Of a stretch of 64,000 bases of DNA, positions 54,355 through 64,000 are shown in pieces. The DNA is from Pristiophorus japonicus. Lineage: Eukaryota. The notes below the pieces were generated by a model. It saw nothing but the letters and a program-made list of their open reading frames with translations. It was not told the DNA's origin and made no database searches. The DNA lies in the NCBI RefSeq assembly GCF_044704955.1, contig NC_091996.1, positions 83,266,001 to 83,330,000 on the forward strand. Direction: 5' to 3'. The number at the start of each line of letters is the position of its first letter. Positions within the stretch are counted from its first letter, which is position 1. Position numbers and translations under genes: made by a program.

Positions 54355-55117
54355 CTGCGAGCAAGAAAATATTACAGATATTATTCACCAGACATGGGAA
54401 CATAGCAGTAGTTTTGTGCGATTTCAGTGTCATACCAGATTTGTTAATATAACAGGGACATTAACGTTCTTCACAAAACCAGAAACGCTCCAAAAATTTG
54501 CATCCAGCGATGGAATCTTATTATTTTACCTGTGATAGAGCATCTGGCAGAGGGGGGTTGTACTCAGGTTGACCAGCAATGAATCGTCAAAGAAGCGAAT
54601 CAACGAGATCTATTTGCACTGACTAGGATTGTATTCCCTGGTGTATATCATATTAATGGAAATCTATAGAGGTTTTTAAGATGATGAAATTATTTGATCG
54701 CATATGTATCAATAATCTGTTATGTTTTCTGGTGGAATCCAGAAGAAATGAGAATAACCTTGAAGTTAGAACTATGCAAGTGTGATGTCAGAAATCACTT
54801 CTCTACAAGAAGATTGGTGGAAATCTGGAATTCACGCCACCAAAATGCTGTTGAGGCTGGGGCTCAAATTGATATTTCAAATTGATACTGCTCGATTTAT
54901 GATGGACTAGGGTATTAAGAGACATTGAAACAAGACAGATAGATGGAGTTACGATATAGATCAGCCATTATCTATTTGAATGTTGGAACAGGCTGGAGGG
55001 GATCAACAGTTTGCACCGTATATTCCTAAACAAAGAAAGGTTAAAAACAGAAACTGGAGTTTAGAATAGTTACAAAACTAACCAATCAAGTAGTGGGATC
55101 CCCGCTTGCAACTGAGT

Positions 55118-56578
55118 CATAGGAACATAGAAACATAAAAACATAGAAAAATAGGTGCAGGTGTAGGCCATTCGGACCTTCAAGCCTGCACAACCATTCA
55201 ATAAGATGATGGCTGATCATTCCCTCAGTACCCCTTTCCTGCTTTCTCTCCATGCCCCTTGAGCCCTTTAGCCATAAGGGCCAGATCTAACGCCCTCTTG
55301 AATATATCCAATGAATTGGCATCAACAACTCTCTGCGGCAGGGAATTCCACGGGTTAACAACTCTCTGAGTGAAGAGGTTTCTCATCATCTCAGTCCTAA
55401 ATGGCCTACCCCTTATCCTAAGACTGTGGCCCCTGGTTCTGGATTTTCCCAACATCGGGAACATTCTTCCTGCATCTAACCTGTCCAGTCCTGTTAGAAT
55501 CTTATACATTTCTAGGAGATCCCCTCTCATCCTTCTAAACACCAGTGTATAAAGGACCAGTTGATCCAGTCTCTCCTCATATGTCAGTCCAGCCATCCCT
55601 GGAATCAGTCTGGTGAACCTTCGCTGCACTCCCTCAATAGCAAGAATGTCCTTCCTCAGATTAGGAGAACATAATATTCCAGGTGAGGTCTCACCAAGGC
55701 CCTGTACAACTGCAGTAAGACCTCCCTGCTCCTATATTCAAGACCCCTAGCTATGAAGGCCAACATACCACTTGCCTTCTTCAACACCTGCTGTACCTGC
55801 ATGCCAATTTTTAATGACTGATGAAACATGACACCAGGTCTCGTTGCACCTCCCCTTTTCCTAATCTGCTGCCATTCAGATACTATTCTGCCTTCGTGTT
55901 TTTTCCCCCAAAGTGGATAACCTCACATTTATCCACATTATACTGCATTTGCCATGCATTTGCCCAATCACCTAACCTGTCCAAGTCATCCTGCAGCCTC
56001 TTAGCGACCTCCTCACGGCTCACACTGCCAGCCAGTTTAGTGTCATCTGCAAACTTGGAGATATTACACTCAATTCCTTCATCTAAATTATTAATGTATA
56101 TTGTAAAGAGCTGGGGTCCCATCACTGAGCCCTGCGGCACTCCACTAGTCACTGCCTGCCATTCTGAAAAGGACGCGTTTATCACGACTCTCTGCTTACT
56201 GTCTGCCAACCAGTTCTCTATCCACGTCAGTACATTAGCCCCAAAACCATGTGCTTTGATTTTGCGCACCAATCTCTTGTGGGGAACCTTGTCAAAAGTC
56301 TTTTGAAAGTCCAAAAACATCACATTCACTGGTTCTCCCTTGTCCAATCTGCTAGTTACATCCTCAAAATATTTCAGAAGATTCATCAAGCATGATTTCC
56401 CCTTCATAAATCCATGCTGACTTGGACCGATCCTGTCAAATACGCTGTCATTTCATCCTTAATAATTGATTCCAACATTTTCCCCACTCCTGATGTCAGG
56501 CTAACTGGTCTATAATTACGCATTTTCTCTTTCCCTCCTTTTTTAAAAAGTGGTGTTACATTCGCTACCCTCCAGTCC
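55118..56578 (-). mobile_element. 5'-truncated CR1, copy 2 (5' end replaced by a repair scar)
   Basis: Same insertion as 25309-26834. Confidence 0.95.
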
Positions 56579-57909
56579 TACCCTCCAGTCCTTCTCCGCC
56601 CCAGTCTAGTGCGGAGAAGGAACAGTTGGGAAGTTTGCAAATTTGAATTACAGTGTGTGTGCAGTTAGATGTTGGAGTGTTATATTTGATTTTAATGTCT
56701 AGTGCTCGGGATATGCGAAAAGAACGACATAGGATAAAGAGGAATGTCTGAGTTGATGATGTCCTTGGAATTGAATAGTGAGATACCGACACCAACTCTC
56801 TGTGGTAATACATTGACGATGTCATTTGTTCAAAGTATTGAGCACTTCTGTGCAATGACACAAATCCACACTTCCCATCCAATGCTTCTAATGTATATTT
56901 TCCACTTTTCTGCTCCTGGTCATTAATATTAAATACTGAATCGGTACTTGTTTTGGATATGAGTCGTGAGGCACAGTCGGATTTTCTGCTCCTGGAATAC
57001 CAATGGTCAATTGTTGGATGAGCCGAGGTACAGTCACGCTAAGCTCCATGCTCACTAAATGGATATTCAGGGTCACTAAAATTACAAAGGAAAAGAATTA
57101 CAGTTAATGAAGTTCATTTAATTGTGAATCGCAATAGATGTAACGCTTGTAACAATAGTCATTGACTGCAGTTGCTGGCATAATATGAATGACAATATAA
57201 TACAACATCCTGGGATATCAGAAATGAGCTGAATGCTAGAAAAATAGCACAAATCTTGCTCTTTTCCTCAGATGGTGTGAGTTCAGCAGGTTTCAGGCGA
57301 TACAATCCATGATCGAGTGATTTCCCTATCAAAACACTCCTTTATCAATCAGTGTGCATCCTAATGAGAAATATGAAGAACGGTACCAGAGTTGCACGGG
57401 TTCCTATCTGGAGACAGGAGGAACCGTATCAACTAGGCACGGGATTAATTTGGTAATGCCTATTCATTATTCGAAGTAAAAACTTTAAATGTGCTGAACA
57501 ATATTAATCAGCAACTCAAACATCAAATTCTAACGTAACTATTCAGAAACAGTGATATTAACTTAGAGTGTTGGAAATTGAGATAGCTGAACCAGATTAG
57601 TTCACCAATGCATTTGTGATGCATCTGTTAGGATTGATTTGTCCAACCAAATAACCAGCTGTATTCCGAAAAGGTCATAACGCAAGTGCTGATCTGCCAT
57701 TCTGACTCAGCATTTACAGCAAATTCAGGGAATAGTAATGTAACATGTTGTCCGAAGTAGCGTGAAAGAACAATGGGATTTTAATGCAATTGCCTGAAAT
57801 ATACCTAATAATGAACATTAAGGACGCACCAATCATTGAACTGGCATCAATGACTTGGAGATCACATTAGGGCAGCATGAGCCATTATCAAATAGACTAA
57901 CGAGAGTAG

Positions 57910-59715
57910 AAGAATATAGAGCTAATAATGGAAAGGAAGAAAAAAGTGAGGCAGAGAAAGAAAAGAAAGAAAAAGAAAGTTATAAACAACGCATTGAAGG
58001 AAGTAAGGATGAAAGAGACAGACAATGATTAAAGGACATCATGCTATTGCTTATTTCGCAACAATAAGTGGAACATGGGACATCATGAAACACACAAAAT
58101 AAAGAAAGCTGTAAATCAGTAAAAGAAGGAAAGGCAGAGAGGAAAGAAAGAACGAATGAAGGAAAGAAAGGACGAAAGGAAGATGTATAGAAAGAGAGGA
58201 AGGAACGAAGTAATGAACGAAGGAAGGCAGGATGTTGGAGGAAGATAAGTCAGCGGAAAAGGAAAAATCAAAAAGAGAGATAAAAACAGAAAGAATGAGA
58301 AATAAAGGAAAAAGTAAAGTGCAAATAAGAAAGAAAGAAAGAAAGCAGCAAAGACAGAAAGAATGGAAGGAAGGAAGACAAATGGAGAGAAAGCGGGGAA
58401 GAATGAAGGAAAAAGAAAGAGTGAAAGAAAGAAGGAAAGAAACAAAAGGAACAAAGGAAATCAATCTAGAACTAAAACATTAAAGTAATGAATCAAGAGA
58501 AAAAGGGAGATAGAAATAAAAAATGGGATAAAAAATTATGAAAGAAAGAAAAGAAGGAATGTGTGAAAGAAATTTAGAAAGAAAGGAAGGTAGAAATAAA
58601 GTAAGAAAGTGAGAGAATGAAAGAAAGAAGGAAAGAATGAAAGATTAAAGAAATAATGGAAGTAAGAAATAAAGAATGAAAGGAAGAAAGAAAGAACATA
58701 TTCTAATATCTACACCGTTTTTCACAGCAATAAGTGGAACATGGAATATCGGGAAGCAGAAAAAAGAGAAATTTGGAAATGAATAAAAAAGAAAGAGAGA
58801 GTAAGAAAGAAAGAAAGACAGATAGAAAGGAAGAAAAATGGAAAAGAATGATAGAAAGAAAGAAAGAGATTGGTAGAAAGAAAGAAGGATAGAAAAAATG
58901 AAAGAAATAAAGTGCAATAAATAAGGTAAGAAAAGAAAGGAAATAATGAACGAAGAAAGAAAGAAGGAAGATAGGAAGAGAGAACAAAAGATAGAACGAT
59001 AGGAAGAAAAAATAAAATATTGAAGAAAGGAACGAAGAAAAGGAAGGAAGGATGGTAGGATGGAAGAGAGAAAGAAAGAAAGAGAGAAAGAAGTAAATAA
59101 TGAAAGAAAGGAAAAATAATGAATGAAAGAAAGAATGAAGAAAGAAAGAAATAGAAAGAAGAGTAGAGTCAAAGGAAGGAAGAAAGACGGAAAGAAAGAA
59201 TGATAGAAAATACAAAAGATAGATAGAAAGAAGGGAAGAGAGAAAGATAGAAATAAATTAAAGAAAGGCAGAAAGATAGAGAGAACAATAGAACAAAGAT
59301 TGATAGAAGGAAAGATAGAAAGAAAGAAATATAGAATGGAAGAGAGATTGGAAGAACGAAAGAAAGAAAGAAAGAAAGAGGGAAGAAAGAATGAAGGAGA
59401 AAAGAAGGAAGGAGTGAAATAAAAGAATCAAGAAAGACATATAGAATGAGAGGATGGAACGAAGTAATGAACGGAGGAAGGTAGGAAGATGGAGGAAGGT
59501 AAGTGAGAGAAAAAGGGCTAAAGAAAAATAGAGAGCAACACAGAAAGAATAAAAAAGAAGGATAAAGCGTAAGGGGCAAGAAAGAAAGCAGCAAAGACAG
59601 ACAGAAAGAAAGGAAGGGAGGAAGACAAATAGAGAGAATACTTGGAATAATGAAGGAAAGAAAGAAATAGTGAAGGAAAGAAAAAAAGATTGACAGAAAG
59701 AAAGATAGAACGACA
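57910..59715. repeat. Purine-rich low-complexity tract (copy 2/3 junction region)
   Basis: Homologous to 28140-30000. Confidence 0.9.
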
Positions 59716-60307
59716 TTAAATTATTCAAGCAGCCCATAATAAGCGCAGTATGTCCATGCTCCAACATGTCTGTTCATCTCTATGCCCGAAGGTCCATTTG
59801 AGGTTTCTCAATGCGTTGACATCCCTCAATCAATTGATGGATCTGTTGTCCTGAATTCACCTTCTGAAGGACGTTATCCTCTGAAGCTTCACCGTGGCTA
59901 GCAGTGGCCACGTGGAATGGCGTTGGTCATGATTGCGATCCCTGTACGTACCTGCTTTAAGCTCAAAACTTCAAAGGATTATTTTTCCGAAACTTCTTAA
60001 TATCCCCATGTCCTTGCTCTCATCATATCGTGGGAAGGTGTAAACTTCCCGTCCACTGAGCTTAAGTTTACTTTTACATTAATAGAAGCTCTGTCGCTGT
60101 CTCTCTATGTATCTCTCTCTCTCGCTTTCTCTCTTTCTGTCTGGCTTTCTCTCATTTCTGTCACAAACTGTCTCTCTGTTTTCTGTTTCTCTCTTTTATC
60201 TGTCTGCCTCTGTGCAATAGAAATCTCCAGAGAAAAATTGAAAATGAACAATCTGACAGGAGGTGTAATTTTATTTAGCGGTGCCTGTTTGGTGAGTGGG
60301 TTCACTG

Positions 60308-61477
60308 TTTTGTGGAAGATTTATTTCTTAGTTTATAATACTCTTGTTTTTGGTACTGTACCATGTAAACGTTCAAGCAACAAATTGCCTGCTTAAAACA
60401 AAAGACACATTTAGACCCCAACGTTCGTTGACCCTGAGTCATGGAGATAGGGAAAGTAAGACAATGGGTGGTTGAAAAGGCAAACAGATGTACTAATCGC
60501 TTGTACTAATAACAGGAAGATAGTTCCTTGTTTTTCTGCTGATGCGAGAAAAATAACCCCACTTGTGTGTGCATATGCTAGTTAACTTTTGACTTACCAC
60601 AATGTAAAGATAGATTGTCATAGCATTACTATATAGGGTAAGCCGTTACAAAAATGTTAGATAATTGGACAATGGTGTAATGGGGTTGGCCGCCAAAGGT
60701 ATAATTGTAACTTGGAAACTTCGCTCAGAGAGAAGTTGTGGCGAAGCTGCGGAGTTTCCCCACTTCTCCCAGAGCGCTCTGTACGAATAAACTGTGACAA
60801 TTCTCTCACTGTTCTCGGACTCAGTGTGGAATTGATTTCCCTTACAATTTGGCGCTGCGAGCAAGGTAAATAAGGTCGCTTCGGGTCACCTAGCCAGTGG
60901 AGAGGGGCGAGTAGTCAAGGTTTGACCGTCCAGTCAATTGGGCCCCGGGACAGGGCGACCCCTGAGCCCCGATTCACAAAAGAACAAAACGTCCGTGAAC
61001 GGTGAGAAAAACCTCAGTTGAGCCGCGGGTTAGAGTCTAAGCTAGCTTGGTATGAGTGATGTGTGAAAGAAACGAGTGTTCCAAGCCACTTTGATTGTCA
61101 CAAACTATCTCAGTCACCAACTTGGGCCGGAATTAAGAGGGCGAATGCCCCACGTGAAGGCCAAGGATTATGGTCGAAGGGAACATAGAGAGGACAAAGT
61201 GGCGACGGAAAAGTGGAACAGTGAGTGAAGTAGGGACTAATCTCCTCGCGACTTTGAGTCACACAGGTCGGGACATTGGGGGTCATGTGTAGAACAATTA
61301 ATGTGGTTGTAGTAAGTTGCAGAGGCGTCATTTTTAACGAATCGCAAATGTGTTGAAACACCTCTGACGATAGAGACTGCAAGTCCTGAATGGACCGCTG
61401 ACAGTAGTAAGACCGTGACATGAGACTACAATGAGTGCTAAGAATCGCAAGTGTAATCAGGCACCTCTGACGATAAA
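60308..61477 (+). mobile_element. ERV-A, copy 3: 5' LTR (60308-60846), PBS (60850-60867) and leader
   Basis: Same ACTG flank; best-preserved PBS, TGGCGCTGCGAGCAAGGT. Confidence 0.93.
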
Positions 61478-64000
61478 CATAGAAACATAGAAACATAGAA
61501 AATAGGTGCAGGAGCAGGCCATTCAGCCCTTCTAGTCTGCACCGTCATTTAATGAGTTCATGGCTGAACATGAAACTTCAGTACCCCCTTCCTGCTTTCT
61601 CGCCATACCCCTTGATCACCCGAGTAGTAAGGACTTCATCAAACTCCGTTTTGAATATATTTAGTGAATTGGCCTCAACTACTTTCTGTGGTAGAGAATT
61701 CCACAGGTTCACCACTCTCTGGGTGAAGAAGTTTCTCCTCATCTCGGTCCTAAATGGCTTACCCCTTATCCTTCGACTGTGACCCCTGGTTCTGGACTTC
61801 CCCAACATTGGGAACATTCTTCCTGCATCCAACCTGTCCAAACCCGTCAGAATTTTCAACGTTTCTATGAGGTCCCCTCTCACTCTTCTGAACTCCAGTG
61901 AATACAAGCCCAGTTGATCCAGTCTTTCTTGATAGGTCAGTCCCACCATCCCGGGAATCAGTCTGGTGAATCTTCGCTGCACTCCCTCAATAGCAAGAAT
62001 GACCTTCCTCAAGTTAGGAGACCAAAACTGTACACAATACTCCAAGTGTGGCCTCACCAAGGCCCTGTACAACTGTAGCAGCACCTCCCTGCCCCTGTAC
62101 TCAAATCCCCTCGCTATGAAGGCCAACATGCCATTTGCTTTCTTAACCGCCTGCTGTACCTGCATGCCAACCTTCAATGACTGATGTACCATGACACCCA
62201 GGTCTCGTTGCACCTTCCCTTTTCCTAATCTGTCACCATTCAGGTAATAGTCTGTCTCTCTGTTTTTACCACCAAAGTGGATAACCTCACATTTATCCAC
62301 ATTATACTTCATCTGCCACGCATTTGCCCACTTACCTAACCTATCCAAGTCACTCTGCAGCCTCATAGCATCCTCCTCGCAGCTCACAATGCCACGCAAC
62401 TTAATGTCATCCACAAATTTGGAGATACTACATTTAATCCCCTCGTCTAAATCATTAATGTACAATGTAAACAGCTGGGGCCCCAGCACAGAACCCTGCG
62501 GTACCCCAATAGTCACTGCCTGCCATTCCGAAAAGTACCCATTTACTCCTACTCTTTGCTTCCTGTCTGACAACCAGTTCTCAATCCACGTCAGCACACT
62601 ACCCCCAATCCCATGTGCTTTAACTTTGCACATTAATCTCCTATGTGGGACCTTGTCGAAAGCCTTCTGAAAGTCCAAATATACCACATCAACTGGTACT
62701 CCTTTGTCCACTTTATTGGAAACATCCTCAAAAAATTCCAGAAGATTTGTCAAGCATGATCTCCCTTTCACAAATCCATGCTGACTTGGACCTATCATGT
62801 CACCATTTTCCAAATGCGCTGCTATGACATCCTTAATAATTGATTCCATCATTTTACCCACTACTGAGGTCAGGCTGACCGGTCTATAATTCCCTGCTTT
62901 CTCTCTTCCTCCTATTTTAAAAAGTGGGGTTACATTGGCTATCCTCCACTCGATAGGAACTGATCCAGAGTCAATGGAATGTTGGAAAATGACTGACAAT
63001 GCATCCGCTATTTCCAAGGCCACCTCCTTAAGTACTCTGGGATGCAGTCCATCAGGCCCTGGGGATTTATCGGCCTTCAATCCCATCAATTTCCCCAACA
63101 CAATTTCCCGACTAATAAAGATTTCCCTCAGTTCCTCCTCCTTACTAGACCCTCTGACCACTTTTATATCCGGAAGGTTGTTTGTGTCTTCCTTAGTGAA
63201 TACTGAACCAAAGTACTTGTTCAATTGGTCTGCCATTTCTTTGTTCCCCGTTATGACTTCCCCTGATTCTGACTGCAGGGGACCTACGTTTGTCTTTACT
63301 AACCTTTTTCTCTTCACATACCGATAGAAACTTTTGCAATCCGCCTTAATGTTCCCTGCAAGCTTCTTCTCGTACTCCATTTTCCCTGCCCTAATCAAAC
63401 CCTTTGTCCTCCTCTGCTGAGTTCTAAATTTCTCCCAGTCCCCAGGTTCGCTGCTATTTCTGGCCAATTTGTATGCCATTTCCTTGGCTTTAATACTATC
63501 CCTGATTTCCCTAGATAGCCACGGTTGAGCCACCTTCCCTTTTTTATTTTTACGCCAAACAGGAATGTACAATTGTTGTAATTCATCCATGCGGTCTCTA
63601 AATGTCTGCCATTGCCCATCCACAGTCAACCCCTTAAGTATCATTAGCCAATCTATCTTAGCCAATTCATGCCTCATACCTTCAAAGTTACCCTTCTTTA
63701 AGTTCTGGACCATGGTCTCTGAATTAACTGTTTCATTCTCCATCCTAATGCAGAATTCCACCATATTATGGTCACTCTTCCCCAAGAGGCCTCGCACAAT
63801 GAGATTGCTAATTAATCCTCTCTCATTACACAACATCCAGTCTAAGATGGCCTCCCCCCTAGTTGGTTCCTCGACATATTGGTCTAGAAAACCATCCCTT
63901 ATGCACTCCAGGAAATCCTCCTCCATCATATTGCTTCCAGTTTGGCTAGCCCAATCTATGTGCATATTAAAGTCACCCATTATAACTGCTGCACCTTTAT
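61475..64000 (-). mobile_element. Young CR1 LINE inserted in the ERV-A leader (runs off the window)
   Basis: (TATGTTTC)n tail at 61475-61500; absent at the homologous sites of copies 1 and 2. Confidence 0.97.
61578..64000 (-). CDS. CR1 ORF2 (APE endonuclease C-half + reverse transcriptase), open for at least 800 codons, 5' end outside the window
   Basis: GDFN, TRGEAILD, SDH; KSPGPDG, YRPVSLTS, QHGF, DFQKAFDKV, GVPQGSVLGP, FVDD. Confidence 0.92.
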   Translation of the reverse strand, partial: KGAAVIMGDFNMHIDWASQTGSNMMEEDFLECIRDGFLDQYVEEPTRGEAILDWMLCNERGLISNLIVRGLLGKSDHNMVEFCIRMENETVNSETMVQNLKKGNFEGMRHELAKIDWLMILKGLTVDGQWQTFRDRMDELQQLYIPVWRKNKKGKVAQPWLSREIRDSIKAKEMAYKLARNSSEPGDWEKFRTQQRRTKGLIRAGKMEYEKKLAGNIKADCKSFYRYVKRKRLVKTNVGPLQSESGEVITGNKEMADQLNKYFGSVFTKEDTNNLPDIKVVRGSSKEEELREIFISREIVLGKLMGLKADKSPGPDGLHPRVLKEVALEIADALSVIFQHSIDSGSVPIEWRIANVTPLFKIGGREKAGNYRPVSLTSVVGKMMESIIKDVIAAHLENGDMIGPSQHGFVKGRSCLTNLLEFFEDVSNKVDKGVPVDVVYLDFQKAFDKVPHRRLMCKVKAHGIGGSVLTWIENWLSDRKQRVGVNGYFSEWQAVTIGVPQGSVLGPQLFTLYINDLDEGIKCSISKFVDDIKLRGIVSCEEDAMRLQSDLDRLGKWANAWQMKYNVDKCEVIHFGGKNRETDYYLNGDRLGKGKVQRDLGVMVHQSLKVGMQVQQAVKKANGMLAFIARGFEYRGREVLLQLYRALVRPHLEYCVQFWSPNLRKVILAIEGVQRRFTRLIPGMVGLTYQERLDQLGLYSLEFRRVRGDLIETLKILTGLDRLDAGRMFPMLGKSRTRGHSRRIRGKPFRTEMRRNFFTQRVVNLWNSLPQKVVEANSLNIFKTEFDEVLTTRVIKGYGEKAGRGY

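Larger units (their letters stand above)
29022..58761 (+). repeat. Tandem segmental duplication unit, copy 2 (~29.7 kb)
   Basis: Collinear high-identity match to 1-29021 with scattered substitutions and indels (largest +773 bp). Confidence 0.97.
58762..64000 (+). repeat. Tandem unit copy 3 (partial, interrupted by a young CR1)
   Basis: Matches 1-2756 up to ~61477, then CR1 sequence to the window end. Confidence 0.95.

Noticed and set aside
1555-61477. Independent retroviral integrations or LTR-LTR tandem proviruses
   Set aside because: All copies share identical flanks, TSD and lesions, so they arose by segmental duplication

Overview
Eukaryotic, almost certainly cartilaginous-fish (shark-like) DNA, inferred from its GPR139-like receptor genes and its CR1/SINE/Penelope repeat types. 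The window is a head-to-tail tandem array of a ~29-30 kb unit: copy 1 = 1-29021, copy 2 = 29022-58761, and a partial copy 3 from 58762. Each full unit holds: (i) a long purine-rich tract; (ii) a defective endogenous retrovirus, ERV-A, with two ~540-bp LTRs, an ACTG target-site duplication, a tRNA-Ser-like PBS, integrase and a gamma-type env, but no RT/RNase H; (iii) one intact two-exon GPR139/GPR142-like class A GPCR gene (329 aa; the ORF track misses exon 1); (iv) a second, 3'-truncated retroviral element, ERV-B (LTR, perfect tRNA-Pro PBS, gag-CCHC, pro, RT), fused to minus-strand GPCR pseudogene fragments; (v) CR1/L2/SINE debris. Comparing the copies shows a recombination-born chimeric GPCR pseudogene, a templated-insertion repair scar, mostly amino-acid-changing differences between the intact receptors, an SU-only env ORF in copy 1, and a young CR1 found only in copy 3. 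I see no convincing wholly new biological system. The best leads are the co-amplified receptor+ERV array, the SU-only env ORF and the placement of the two ERV lineages. All comparisons and counts were done by eye.
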